DNA from: Vulcanimicrobiota bacterium | GTDB lineage: Bacteria > Vulcanimicrobiota > Vulcanimicrobiia > Vulcanimicrobiales > Vulcanimicrobiaceae | Length of the DNA: 64,000 nucleotides | Direction: 5' to 3' | Assembly: GCA_963695225.1 (NCBI GenBank) | Contig: OY968762.1 | Span: forward strand, 1,696,001-1,760,000 | Shown: positions 50,187-60,141 of the stretch, in pieces | Position numbering within the stretch: the first letter of the stretch is position 1 | Layout of the letters: the number at the start of each line of letters is the position of its first letter | Position numbers and translations under genes: made by a program | Notes under the pieces: generated by a model | Database searches by the model: none | What the model was told of the DNA's origin: nothing | The model's input: the letters and a program-made list of their open reading frames with translations, nothing else

Positions 50187-51230
50187 TTGAGCGCCGCAGC
50201 TCCTGCGGCGCCCGGCGGTTCATTCGAAGGCGCGCCAGTCGTCGTCCGGCTCGACGGAGTTCACAAGTCGTACCGGGGCAGCGTCGCGGTCGAGCACGTC
50301 GACCTGAGCGTCCGCTCCGGCGAGTTCTTCACGATGCTCGGCCCGTCGGGTTCCGGGAAGACGACGAGTTTGCGCCTGATCGCGGGCTTCGAGCGCCCCG
50401 ACCGCGGCCGCGTCGAGCTCAACGGCGTCGACGTGACCGGGATGCCGCCGTACGATCGCGACGTCAACACCGTCTTCCAAGATTACGCGTTGTTCCCGCA
50501 CATGACGATCGCCGAGAACGTCGCGTACGGCTTGCAGGCGAAGGGAGTCCGGCAGAGCGAACAGGCCGGGCGCGTCGCCGAAGCGCTGCGCATGGTTCGC
50601 TTGGAAGGCTTCCGGGAACGGCGGCCGGGGCAACTCTCGGGCGGCCAGCGCCAGCGCGTCGCGCTCGCGCGCGCGATCGTGAACCATCCGCAGGTGCTGC
50701 TCCTGGACGAACCGCTCGGCGCGCTCGATCTGCGCCTGCGGCAAGAGATGCAAGTCGAGCTCAAGCGCATCCAGCGCGAGGTGAACATCACGTTCCTCTA
50801 CGTGACGCACGACCAGGAGGAAGCGCTCACGATGAGCGACCGCGTCGCCGTCTTCAATCACGGCCGCATCGAGCAGGTCGGCTCGCCGATCGAGGTGTAC
50901 GAACGGCCCGTCAACGAGTTCGTCGCAGGCTTCGTCGGAACGTCGAACATCCTCGACCGCGGCGAACGGCGCATCCTCGTGCGGCCGGAGAAGATCCACG
51001 TCGCCCCCGCGGGGCAGGAAGCTGCCGAGAGCGGCCTGCACGTCGAGACAGGTGCGCTGCGCGAGATCGTGTACGTCGGGATGTACACGCGATACATCGT
51101 CGAGCTCGACGACGGAACCGCGATCACCTCGATGCAACAGAACAGGAGCGACTACTCCCCCGAGGCCCACGAACGTCGCGGCGAGCGCGTGAGCGTAAGC
51201 TGGCGCACCGAGAGCGAAGTGTCTTTGTAA
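50187..51230 (+). CDS. Polyamine-type ABC transporter ATP-binding protein
   Basis: GPSGSGKT, NTVFQDYALFPH, LSGGQRQR, LLDEPLGALD. Confidence 0.93.
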   Translation: MSAAAPAAPGGSFEGAPVVVRLDGVHKSYRGSVAVEHVDLSVRSGEFFTMLGPSGSGKTTSLRLIAGFERPDRGRVELNGVDVTGMPPYDRDVNTVFQDYALFPHMTIAENVAYGLQAKGVRQSEQAGRVAEALRMVRLEGFRERRPGQLSGGQRQRVALARAIVNHPQVLLLDEPLGALDLRLRQEMQVELKRIQREVNITFLYVTHDQEEALTMSDRVAVFNHGRIEQVGSPIEVYERPVNEFVAGFVGTSNILDRGERRILVRPEKIHVAPAGQEAAESGLHVETGALREIVYVGMYTRYIVELDDGTAITSMQQNRSDYSPEAHERRGERVSVSWRTESEVSL

Positions 51231-51264
51231 TGCTCAACCTGGCAAGAAAGGCAGGCCCGATCGG

Positions 51265-52428
51265 ATGAAAAACCACATCCCCAAACGCGCGGCGGCCACG
51301 CTGGCGCTGGCCCCGATCCTCGCGTTCGTCCTCTCCTCCATCGGTTTCGCGGCGCCCGCCCAACCGAACTATCCCAAGGAGATCGGAAAGGGCGAAGGCT
51401 CACTCAACATCGTCGCGTGGGAAGGCTACGCGCAGGACGACTGGGTGAAGCCGTTCGAAAAGGAGACCGGCTGCACCGTCCATCGTAAGTACGCGGGCTC
51501 TTCGGACGAGATGGTCGCTTTGATGCGTCAAGGCGGCGGCTCGCAATACGATTTGGTCTCCGCCTCGGGCGATGCGAGCCTACGGCTGATCTACGGCGGC
51601 GACGTTCAACCCCTCGACGTAAAACTGCTCCCGGCTTGGAACGACTTCGTTGCGGATCTGAAATCCCCGCCGCACAATACCGTCAACGGGTTGCACTACG
51701 GCCTCTCGTACGAGTGGGGCCCCAACGTGCTGCTCTGGAACACCGCAAAGGTGAAGCCGGGCCCGACGAGTTGGGCCGCGATCTACGACGAGACGCACAA
51801 AGGCCGCATCTCGGTCCCCGACAACCCGATCCAGATCGCCGATGCCGCGCTCTACCTCGCCAAACACGATCCGAACCTGGGCATCACGGACCCGTACGAA
51901 CTCAATGAAACCCAGCTCGACGCGGCAGTCGCTCTGCTCAAGAAGCAGCGCCCGCTCATCAAGAAGTATTGGGCGCTCGCCTCCGACGAGATCGAGCTCT
52001 TCAAGAACGGCGACGTCGTGATCGGTGCGGCCTGGCCGTATCAAACGAACACGCTGCAAGCGGCGAAGTCGCCGGTCGCGGATGCCGTCCCGGCCGAAGG
52101 CGCGACCGGTTGGGCCGATTCGTGGATGCTCTCGGCAAAATCGCAGCACGCGAGCTGCGCGTACAAGTGGATGAACTGGGTTTCGACACCGAAGGTCCAG
52201 GCGCAGCAGGCGCTCTACTTCGGCGAGACGCCGGCGAACCCGAAGGCCTGCTCGTACATGAACGCCATGGCGCCCGGCTCGTGCGCGAAGTACCACCTCA
52301 ACGCACCGGCCGCCTATCTCAAGCAGATCAAGTTCTGGAAGACCCCGCAGCAAGACTGCGGCAACGGAAAGAACGACTGTACGACCTACGCCACTTGGCA
52401 ACGAAAGTGGCAAGAGATCAAGGGCTGA
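51265..52428 (+). CDS. Polyamine-type ABC substrate-binding protein (YdcS-like)
   Basis: Signal peptide, GEGSLNIVAWEGY, SSDEMV, SGDASLRLI, EGATGWAD. Confidence 0.88.
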   Translation: MKNHIPKRAAATLALAPILAFVLSSIGFAAPAQPNYPKEIGKGEGSLNIVAWEGYAQDDWVKPFEKETGCTVHRKYAGSSDEMVALMRQGGGSQYDLVSASGDASLRLIYGGDVQPLDVKLLPAWNDFVADLKSPPHNTVNGLHYGLSYEWGPNVLLWNTAKVKPGPTSWAAIYDETHKGRISVPDNPIQIADAALYLAKHDPNLGITDPYELNETQLDAAVALLKKQRPLIKKYWALASDEIELFKNGDVVIGAAWPYQTNTLQAAKSPVADAVPAEGATGWADSWMLSAKSQHASCAYKWMNWVSTPKVQAQQALYFGETPANPKACSYMNAMAPGSCAKYHLNAPAAYLKQIKFWKTPQQDCGNGKNDCTTYATWQRKWQEIKG

Positions 52429-52485
52429 CGATGGGTTGCGTCACGTTCACGGCGGCGTCGCTCTGAGCTCGTCGAAGGGCGAAGG

Positions 52486-53391
52486 GTGAGCGCAGGGATG
52501 ACGGGCCGGCCGGCACGGCCGGCCCGTCGCCTCTCGGCCTTGATGTGGCGCAAGCCGAACCTCGGCGCGGCGTTGCTGCTCGTTCCGCCGCTGGCTTGGT
52601 TCGTGCTGATCTATCTCGCGGCGCTCCTCGCGCTGTTCGTCTCCGCGTTCTGGACCGTGAACTCGTTCACGAGCGAGATCGAGCGGCATTGGACGTTCGA
52701 TAACTTCCACACGATCCTCACCGACGCGACCTACCGCGTCATCGCCGCTCGAACGATCGGCATGGCGGCCGTCGTGACGTTGAGCGACGCCGTCCTCGCC
52801 TTTCCGTTTGCGTACTACATGGCGCGCGTCGCCGGCCCGCGCCTGCGCGGCATCCTGTTCGCGCTCGTCCTGCTGCCGCTCTGGTCGAGCTATCTCGTGC
52901 GCGTCTATGCCTGGCGCCTCATCCTCGATCACGACGGCGCGCTGAACTGGACGCTGGCGAGGTTCGGGATCCCGCCGCTCGATATCGGCTACTCGAATTG
53001 GGCGATGTGGATCGTGTTCACGTACATCTGGCTGCCGTTCATGATCATCCCGATCTACTCGGCGATCGAGCGAATCCCGCACTCGCTGTTCGAAGCGTCG
53101 CAGGATCTCGGCGCTAGGAGCGTGCGGACGTTCGCGAAGGTCGTCTTCCCGCTCGCGCTCCCGGGCGTCATCGCGGGCTCCATCTTCACGTTCTCGCTGA
53201 CGCTCGGCGACTACATCACGCCGACGCTCGTCGGCGGCCCGGGTTCCGATTTCATCGGCAACGTCGTCTACGCGAACGTCGGCATCGCGAACAACATCCC
53301 GTTCGCGGCCGCCTTCGCGACCGTTCCGCTCGTCGTGATGGCCCTCTATCTGCTCGCCGCGCGCAAGCTCGGCGCATTCGAGGTCATGTAG
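52486..53391 (+). CDS. Polyamine-type ABC permease (PotB/YdcU-like)
   Basis: LPLWSSYLVRVYAW, EASQDLGA (EAA motif). Confidence 0.9.
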   Translation: MSAGMTGRPARPARRLSALMWRKPNLGAALLLVPPLAWFVLIYLAALLALFVSAFWTVNSFTSEIERHWTFDNFHTILTDATYRVIAARTIGMAAVVTLSDAVLAFPFAYYMARVAGPRLRGILFALVLLPLWSSYLVRVYAWRLILDHDGALNWTLARFGIPPLDIGYSNWAMWIVFTYIWLPFMIIPIYSAIERIPHSLFEASQDLGARSVRTFAKVVFPLALPGVIAGSIFTFSLTLGDYITPTLVGGPGSDFIGNVVYANVGIANNIPFAAAFATVPLVVMALYLLAARKLGAFEVM

Positions 53392-54174
53392 GTGGAGAAC
53401 CGCCTGACGCGCACGCTGCTCGGCGCCTGGACGTTCCTCGTCCTGCTCTTCCTCTTCGGTCCGATCGCGATCATCTTCGCCTACGCGTTCAACAGCTCGA
53501 ACATCCAGAGCTGGCCGATCGCCGGGTTCACGCTGCACTGGTTCTCGTCCGCCTGGCAAAATGAAGAGATCCGCACCGCGTTCTTTCTCTCGCTGAAGGT
53601 GGGCTTCGTCGCGACGGCGATCGCCGTCGTCCTCGGTTCCGCCGCGGCCTTCGCAGTGCATCGCTACAGCTTCTTCGGCCGCGAGACCGTCTCGCTGCTC
53701 GTGGTGCTCCCGATCGCGCTCCCCGGCATCATCACCGGCATGGCGCTCAATTCGTTCTTCGTCTTCTGGGGCCTGAGCCTCTCGTACTGGACGATCGTGA
53801 TCGGGCACGCGACGTTCTGCATCGTGATCGTGTACAACAACGTGATCGCGCGCTTGCGCCGCGTCCCCCTCTCGCTCGAGGAGGCGTCCATGGACTTGGG
53901 CGCCGACGCCTGGTACACGTTCCGCCGCGTTACCCTGCCGATGATCTCGACGGCCCTCGTCGCCGGCGCCATTCTCGCGTTCGGCCTTTCGTTCGACGAA
54001 GTGATCGTCACGACGTTCACCGCGGGCGCCCAAAACACGCTCCCGCTGTGGATCTTCGGCGCGATTCGCCTCGGACAACGCCTCCCCGAAGTGAACGTCG
54101 TCGTGATGGCGATGATGGCGCTAACCGTCGTGCCGGTGCTGCTCGCGTACCGCTTGACCAAACCGGTCGAATGA
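53392..54174 (+). CDS. Polyamine-type ABC permease (PotC/YdcV-like)
   Basis: LPIALPGIITG, EEASMDLGA, SFDEVIVT. Confidence 0.9.
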   Translation: MENRLTRTLLGAWTFLVLLFLFGPIAIIFAYAFNSSNIQSWPIAGFTLHWFSSAWQNEEIRTAFFLSLKVGFVATAIAVVLGSAAAFAVHRYSFFGRETVSLLVVLPIALPGIITGMALNSFFVFWGLSLSYWTIVIGHATFCIVIVYNNVIARLRRVPLSLEEASMDLGADAWYTFRRVTLPMISTALVAGAILAFGLSFDEVIVTTFTAGAQNTLPLWIFGAIRLGQRLPEVNVVVMAMMALTVVPVLLAYRLTKPVE

Positions 54175-54196
54175 CGAACGAAGGGCCGAGAAAAGG

Positions 54197-54228
54197 ACGG
54201 GGCCGGCACGTTTTCGTGCCGGCCCCGT
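54197..54228. terminator. Bidirectional terminator between the two convergent ABC operons
   Basis: acggggccggcacg-tttt-cgtgccggccccgt, 14-bp stem. Confidence 0.7.
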
Positions 54229-54255
54229 TTCGCATTCCATGGGAGCGCGAGGAAG

Positions 54256-55395
54256 TTATTTCGCGATCGCGTCCTGGAAGAGCGTCTCCCACTTGCGTTC
54301 GTCTTCCGCCGAGAGCGATGCGAAGCTGTGCATCTTCGCGAGCACGTCCTTCGACGGGTAGACGAGCGGGTTGCTCGCGAGCTTGGGGTTGATCTTGCGG
54401 ACGAACTCTTGCGTCCCCGCAACCGGCGGGATGTATTGCACGGCGGCGATGATCTCGGCGTAGACCTCGGGCTTGTAGATGTAGTTCATCCACGCGAGGG
54501 CCGCGGCGCGATGGGCCGCGTTGATCGGGATCACCATGTTGTCGACCGAGTGGTAGAGGCCTTCCTTCGGGATGAGGAAGCGCAGGTTCGGATTGTCCTT
54601 CTGCAGCGAGACGACGTCTCCGGAGAAGGCGAACGTGACCCACACGTCGCCGCGCGAGAGCGCCGCGCCGTAATCGTTCCCGAAGAACTGCCGGATCTGG
54701 CCGTTCTTCACGTTCTCCTTGATCTTGGCGACGGCGGCTTGCGCGTCCGCGTAGGTCGCCTTCTCGGGGGCCACGCCCAGTCCCAAGAGCACGAGCGCGA
54801 GCGTATCGCGCATTTGATTGAGCATCGAGACGTGCCCGCGGAACTTCGGATCGAAGATGTCGTTGACGCTCGTGAGCTCGCGTCCGGTCTTCTTGATGTC
54901 GTACGCGATCCCGGTCATGTACATCGCCCACGGAAGGCTGTACTCGCGAGTGGGATCCCAGTCGGGGTGCGCCAATTCCGGCACGAGATTCTTCGCGTTC
55001 GGGACTTCCGCGCGAGTGTACTTCTCCACCCAGCCGAGCTTGACGAGGCGGGCGGCGAGATAATCGGTGGGGACGATGATGTCGCGATCCGGGTTGCGGC
55101 CGGCTTGCAGCGGCTGCGCGATCTTCCCGAAGAGGCTCGGGTTATCGTTGATGTCCTCGATGTAGCGCACCTTGACGCCGTACGCCTTCTCGAAATTCGC
55201 GACCGTCTTCGGGCCGATATAGTACGGCCAGTTCGAAATCAAAAGCGGCCCGGCGAGTGCCGGAGCCGCCGCGATCGCCCGCGTCATGCCGGCGACGTCG
55301 AGGCCCGCCGTAGCGGCGAGGCCCGCGCCTGCGGCTGCTGCGGACTTGATGAATTCACATCGGCCGATAACGTTCGGCCGCTTCTTCTCAGTCAT
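54256..55395 (-). CDS. Spermidine/putrescine ABC substrate-binding protein (PotD/PotF-like)
   Basis: ISNWPYYI, DIIVPTDY, IPKEG, DNMVIP, WMNYIY.PE; Tat-like leader. Confidence 0.88.
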   Translation of the reverse strand: MTEKKRPNVIGRCEFIKSAAAAGAGLAATAGLDVAGMTRAIAAAPALAGPLLISNWPYYIGPKTVANFEKAYGVKVRYIEDINDNPSLFGKIAQPLQAGRNPDRDIIVPTDYLAARLVKLGWVEKYTRAEVPNAKNLVPELAHPDWDPTREYSLPWAMYMTGIAYDIKKTGRELTSVNDIFDPKFRGHVSMLNQMRDTLALVLLGLGVAPEKATYADAQAAVAKIKENVKNGQIRQFFGNDYGAALSRGDVWVTFAFSGDVVSLQKDNPNLRFLIPKEGLYHSVDNMVIPINAAHRAAALAWMNYIYKPEVYAEIIAAVQYIPPVAGTQEFVRKINPKLASNPLVYPSKDVLAKMHSFASLSAEDERKWETLFQDAIAK

Positions 55396-55491
55396 TATCC
55401 TCCACCATTGAGCAGGAGCCGGCCGTGCCGGCCCTGCGGCGTATTGGGCGTGCGGCCTGCGCCGCTATGTGGCACCTTGTAGTAGAACGAA

Positions 55492-56655
55492 TTAGTCCGT
55501 GGGAACGACCCATGAATGCGCGCGGTCCCATTGGATCGTAAGGCGATCCCCCGGGGCAACGCCGGCGAGGTGATACTGCGGCAGGAGCGTCACGACGACC
55601 TCGCGCCCGTCGTCGCGTTGCAATGCGTAGCGGAAAATCGCGCCCTGGAAATCGACGGTCGATAGGCGCGCCGAAAAGGATCCGCCCGAAACGGCCCGGT
55701 CATCCGTCTTTGCGAGGGAGATCTGTTCCGGCCGCACCATGAGCAAGACCCGCGCCCCGACGGGCAGCCCGCAAGGGGCGGCCGCGACGCCCCTGCCGCC
55801 GCCCTCGAGTTCGAGCGCGACTTCTCCGTTGCCCTGGCCGGTCACGCGCGCGGGCAAGAGGTTCGCCGAGCCGACGAAGCCGGCCACGAAGCGCGTGCTC
55901 GGGCGCGTGTAGATCTCTTCCGGAACGCCGAGCATCTCGATGCGGCCCTCGTTCATGACCGCGATCCTGCTCGACATCGTGAGCGCCTCATCCTGATCGT
56001 GCGTGACGAAAATGAACGTCGTCTGCACTTCGGTTTGAATGCGCTTGAGCTCCAACTGCATGTTGAGTCGCAGCTTCACGTCGAGCGCGCTCAGCGGTTC
56101 GTCGAGGAGGAGGGCGCTCGGGTTGTTCACCAGGGCCCGTGCAAGAGCGACGCGCTGCTGCTGCCCGCCCGAGAGGAGCGTCGGCTTCTTGTGCGCGTGC
56201 TCGCTGACGTGGACCTTCGCCAGGGCCGCCTTCACGCGCTCGTTCACGGTCGCGCGATCGAGGCCGGCAGTGCGCGGTCCGAACGCGACGTTGTCGAAGA
56301 CGTTCATGTGCGGGAAGAGCGCGTATTGCTGGAAGACCGTGTTGAGATGCCGCTTGTAGGGAGGCACCTCCGAGACGTCGGCGCCGTCGAGCAGGATCCG
56401 TCCGCTCGAGGGTATCTCGAAACCGGCGATCATCTTGAGCGTGGTCGTCTTCCCGCAGCCCGAAGGCCCCAGGAGCGTCAAGAACTCGCCTCGACGGACA
56501 TCGAGGTCGATCGCATGGAGCACCTCTTTGTCGCCGTAGCGCTTGGAGACGCCCTCGAGGCGGATGACGATGTCGTCCGCGACGCGATCTAGCGGCATGT
56601 GTCCGTTACGATGCTCCGTTGTCCCGCTCGGACCCTGTGGAATGACGCTCACCAC
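55492..56655 (-). CDS. Spermidine/putrescine ABC ATP-binding protein (PotA-like)
   Basis: GPSGCGKT, LSGGQQQR, LLDEPLSALD. Confidence 0.92.
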   Translation of the reverse strand: MVSVIPQGPSGTTEHRNGHMPLDRVADDIVIRLEGVSKRYGDKEVLHAIDLDVRRGEFLTLLGPSGCGKTTTLKMIAGFEIPSSGRILLDGADVSEVPPYKRHLNTVFQQYALFPHMNVFDNVAFGPRTAGLDRATVNERVKAALAKVHVSEHAHKKPTLLSGGQQQRVALARALVNNPSALLLDEPLSALDVKLRLNMQLELKRIQTEVQTTFIFVTHDQDEALTMSSRIAVMNEGRIEMLGVPEEIYTRPSTRFVAGFVGSANLLPARVTGQGNGEVALELEGGGRGVAAAPCGLPVGARVLLMVRPEQISLAKTDDRAVSGGSFSARLSTVDFQGAIFRYALQRDDGREVVVTLLPQYHLAGVAPGDRLTIQWDRAHSWVVPTD

Positions 56656-56664
56656 CTCTACCTC

Positions 56665-57531
56665 CTAACCTTCCATATCGAGCGGCGGGGCCTGCGCGCG
56701 AGCGCGACTCCGTTCCAAGAGCAAGCTCCCCAGCGTCAGCGCCGCGAGGATGAGGAATATGCTCGTGCCGATAACGTAAATCTGCGCGGGCATCGCCACC
56801 CGCGCCGCCCCCCACACGTAGAGCGGGAACGTGACGGTCTGCCCCGAGACGAACATGCTGACGATGAAGTCGTCGAGCGAGAGCATGAACGCCAAGATCC
56901 CCGCCGTGAGGACGGAGGGGAGGATGAGCGGCAACGTGATCTTCGAAAACACGCGCCAGCCGCTCGCGCCCAAATCCATCGCGGCATGCTCGAGTGCGAT
57001 ATCGAAGCCTCGCAGCCGAGACTTCACCATGATGACGACGAACGCGATATCGAACATCACGTGCGCCAACAGCAACGTGGCCGGCCCCATCGGAGCGCGT
57101 ATGCCGAGAAACATGTCGAGCATCGAGGAGCCGAGGATGACCTCCGGCGTTGAAATCGTCAGCAACAGCACGAGTTCCAGGGCTGTTTGGCCGCGGAACT
57201 TATAGCGCACGAGGGCGTACGCCATCGCCGTTCCGATCGGCGTCGCGATCAGCGCGGCGCACGACGCGATCAAGAGGCTTACCTGGAGCGCCTGGAGCAG
57301 GCCGTCGACGGCAAACGGATTCAACCAGGCGGCGAGCGAGAAGCCGCGCCACGCAAAATCGAACTTCCCGTTCGTTTGATTGACGCTCAACGCGATCATC
57401 ATCCCGATCGGCGCGAGCAGAAAGAGCAGGCTGAGCGCCGCCGCGAGCGTGATGAGGTGGCGCCCGGCGAAGCGCGCCAGCCGGGCCGGGACCGTGGCCG
57501 TTCTGGGCGCGGGAATCGATACGGCAGCCAT
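56665..57531 (-). CDS. Spermidine/putrescine ABC permease (PotC-like)
   Basis: PEVILG, EHAAMDLGA, LSLDDF. Confidence 0.9.
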   Translation of the reverse strand: MAAVSIPAPRTATVPARLARFAGRHLITLAAALSLLFLLAPIGMMIALSVNQTNGKFDFAWRGFSLAAWLNPFAVDGLLQALQVSLLIASCAALIATPIGTAMAYALVRYKFRGQTALELVLLLTISTPEVILGSSMLDMFLGIRAPMGPATLLLAHVMFDIAFVVIMVKSRLRGFDIALEHAAMDLGASGWRVFSKITLPLILPSVLTAGILAFMLSLDDFIVSMFVSGQTVTFPLYVWGAARVAMPAQIYVIGTSIFLILAALTLGSLLLERSRARAQAPPLDMEG

Positions 57532-58404
57532 TTAGCCGGTCAACTCCTCGGTCCCGAACAGCCGCGAATACACGGCCACGCATACGATCAGGCAGGCCAT
57601 CAGGACGAGCGACGCAGCGGCGGCGATCGGGTAATCGAGCGTGACGAGATACCTGCTCTGGATGACGTTGCCGATCATCTGGCGCTGCGGCGCGCCGAGC
57701 ATCATCGCATTCACGAAATCGCCCGCAGCCGGGATGAACGTCAGCAAACTTCCCGCGAATACCCCCGGCAGCGAGAGCGGGAACACGACCTTGCGGAAAG
57801 CGACGAAGGGCGCGGCGTAGAGATCTTCGGCGGCGCTGATCAGCGTGGGATCGATGCGGTCGAGGCTCACGTAGATCGGCAAGACGCTGAACGAGAGAAA
57901 ATTGTACGTCAGCGCGAAGATGACCGCGATCGGCGTGCCGAGCACGTAGGCGTTCTGCGGAATCACGTGGATGAACTTGAGCGCCCCGAGGATCATGCCG
58001 TTATCGCTGAGCAACGCTTCCCACGAGAGCGTGCGCACCAGATAGGTGACGAAGAACGGCGCAACGACGGCGAAGAGCAGCACCATCTTGTAGCTGCCGC
58101 CGCGGAAGACGATGAAGTAGGCGAGCGGATAGCCGATCAGAAGCGCCAGCAGCGTCGCACACGCGGCGTACCCGAACGAGCGCAGAAACGTCGGGCCGTA
58201 ATCGATGACCGCCGTCGCGTAGTTCTGCCAGTGCCAATTGAAATCCAGCCCGGTCAGGAGGCTTCCTTCTTGAAGGGAGGTCCTTACTTGGCCCGCCAGC
58301 GGGATCAAATAGACGAACGTGAGCCACAGTACGCCGGGCAAAACCAAGGCATACGGAACCCAACGGCGCGCCGCCCCCGCCTGCCTGCTTTCATCGTTCG
58401 TCAT
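57532..58404 (-). CDS. Spermidine/putrescine ABC permease (PotB-like)
   Basis: IGYPLAY, PFFVTYLVRT, AAEDLYA, FIPAAGDF. Confidence 0.9.
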   Translation of the reverse strand: MTNDESRQAGAARRWVPYALVLPGVLWLTFVYLIPLAGQVRTSLQEGSLLTGLDFNWHWQNYATAVIDYGPTFLRSFGYAACATLLALLIGYPLAYFIVFRGGSYKMVLLFAVVAPFFVTYLVRTLSWEALLSDNGMILGALKFIHVIPQNAYVLGTPIAVIFALTYNFLSFSVLPIYVSLDRIDPTLISAAEDLYAAPFVAFRKVVFPLSLPGVFAGSLLTFIPAAGDFVNAMMLGAPQRQMIGNVIQSRYLVTLDYPIAAAASLVLMACLIVCVAVYSRLFGTEELTG

Positions 58405-58687
58405 AGAACGGCCACGGTACCGGGCTGCGGCCGGTGCGCTCGTTCGCGTTGCTCCTTGAATTCCATGGTTATCGCTGCGACAGCTCGAATATCACCCTTC
58501 CCAACGCGACGATTCGTGGCCGTAGAGAACCGTAACATGCGGGTAGTACCACTACCCTTGTCCCCAAGTAGGAAAGACGAGCGTACGGACGCTCGAAATG
58601 GATAGGGGCCAATTGAGCGTTTGCTCGGCACGCTATACTGGATTACCTCCGATTGGCTCACGCATCGGCTCCCTGAGGTGAAAAAGA

Positions 58688-60055
58688 ATCAACTCTGAAC
58701 AAGACGTCTACGAATACACGACCCGTGCGCTCGACCTAATAGCAAAACGCGAGATCACTCCCGAGGAGGCGGATTGGATTACAAGCGAAACCGTCGCCTC
58801 CTTCCGCGACCACGTCAACCCCGGCTTCCTCGAATATCGTAAGGCGGCGAACCTCGACCACGAGGCGATGGTCGTAGAATGGGCCGACGCCGGGCTCAAC
58901 TCGATTCGCTCGGTCGACGGGCGCGAGTATCTCGACTGCCTCGGCGGCTTCGGGATCTTCAACGTCGGGCACCGGCACCCGAAAGTCCTTAAGGCGCTGC
59001 TCGATCAACTGCAACGTCAAGCGTTGCACGGCCAGGATTTCCTCGATCCGCTGCGCGCGATCCTCGCGAAAACCCTCGCGATGCTGACGCCGCCGGGGCT
59101 CGAATACTCCTTCTTCTGCAATAGCGGCACCGAGGCCATCGAGGCCGCGCTCAAACTCGCACGCGCGTTCGACCCCTCCAAGCAAACGATCGTCGCCGCG
59201 ACGAAGGGCTTCCACGGCAAGAGTTACGGCGCACTCTCCGCCAGCGCGAAGGGCGAATTCCGCCGCCCGTTCGGCGCGATGCTCCCGAACATCGAGCACG
59301 TGCCGTTCAACGATTTGGTGGCTCTGCGGCGCATGTTCGTCACCTGCAAGGTCGTCGGCGAGGAGGTCGGCGTCGTCATCCTCGAGCCCATTCAAGGCGA
59401 GGGCGGCGTGAACGTCCCCTCCGACGATTACCTGCCCGGCGTGCGCGCGCTCTGCGACGAGTTCGGCGCCTTGCTCGTCCTCGACGAAGTGCAGACCGGC
59501 ATGGGGCGTACCGGGACGATGTTCTGCTGCCAGCAGTACGGCGTCACGCCGGACATCCTATGCCTGGCGAAAGCCTTCGGGGGAGGCGTGATGCCGGCCG
59601 GGGCCGTGGTGGGCACGAAAGCCGTCTTTTCGCGCCTGTTCGGGAATCCGTTCCTGCACACGACGACGTTCGGCGGAAACCCCATGGCCTGCGCGGCGGC
59701 GCTGGCCACGATCAACGTCTTGATCGAGGAACGGCTGCCGGAGCGGGCCGGCGTGCTCGGGACTCGTTTCCTCGCCGGGCTGCGCGAAGCGGTCCGAGGC
59801 CGCGAGGACGTCGTCGTCGACGTGCGCGGGAAAGGCCTCCTGATCGGGATCGAGTTCATCGACGACCGGACGGGCTTCGAAGTCGGAAAGTTGCTCCTCG
59901 AGCGAGGCATCCTCGTTTCCGGGACGCTCGTGAACGCCCGCGTCGTCCGGATCGAACCCCCGCTGACGATCACGGACGCCGAGGCCGACCGAGTCTGCGC
60001 GGCGCTCGCCGACGCTCTGCGCGTCCTGCCGCGGTTGGTCCCGGCCGGGGCGTAA
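58688..60055 (+). CDS. patA: Putrescine aminotransferase (class III); N-terminus extends upstream of ORF-track ATG to a probable ATC start
   Basis: DCLGGFGIFNVGH, EPIQGEGG, DEVQTGMGRTG, AKAFGGG; in-frame upstream FRDHVNPGFLEYRK matches the PatA N-terminus. Confidence 0.85.
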   Translation: MNSEQDVYEYTTRALDLIAKREITPEEADWITSETVASFRDHVNPGFLEYRKAANLDHEAMVVEWADAGLNSIRSVDGREYLDCLGGFGIFNVGHRHPKVLKALLDQLQRQALHGQDFLDPLRAILAKTLAMLTPPGLEYSFFCNSGTEAIEAALKLARAFDPSKQTIVAATKGFHGKSYGALSASAKGEFRRPFGAMLPNIEHVPFNDLVALRRMFVTCKVVGEEVGVVILEPIQGEGGVNVPSDDYLPGVRALCDEFGALLVLDEVQTGMGRTGTMFCCQQYGVTPDILCLAKAFGGGVMPAGAVVGTKAVFSRLFGNPFLHTTTFGGNPMACAAALATINVLIEERLPERAGVLGTRFLAGLREAVRGREDVVVDVRGKGLLIGIEFIDDRTGFEVGKLLLERGILVSGTLVNARVVRIEPPLTITDAEADRVCAALADALRVLPRLVPAGA

Positions 60056-60079
60056 CCGCCCCGGCGGGTAACGAGGAAA

Positions 60080-60109
60080 CGCCCCGCGGTGCCGTTGCAC
60101 CGCGGGGCG
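60080..60109. terminator. Hairpin between convergent patA and porin genes
   Basis: cgccccgcggtgc-cgtt-gcaccgcggggcg. Confidence 0.6.
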
Positions 60110-60141
60110 CCTTCATTCACGACCCGTGAACGATCTTGGGA

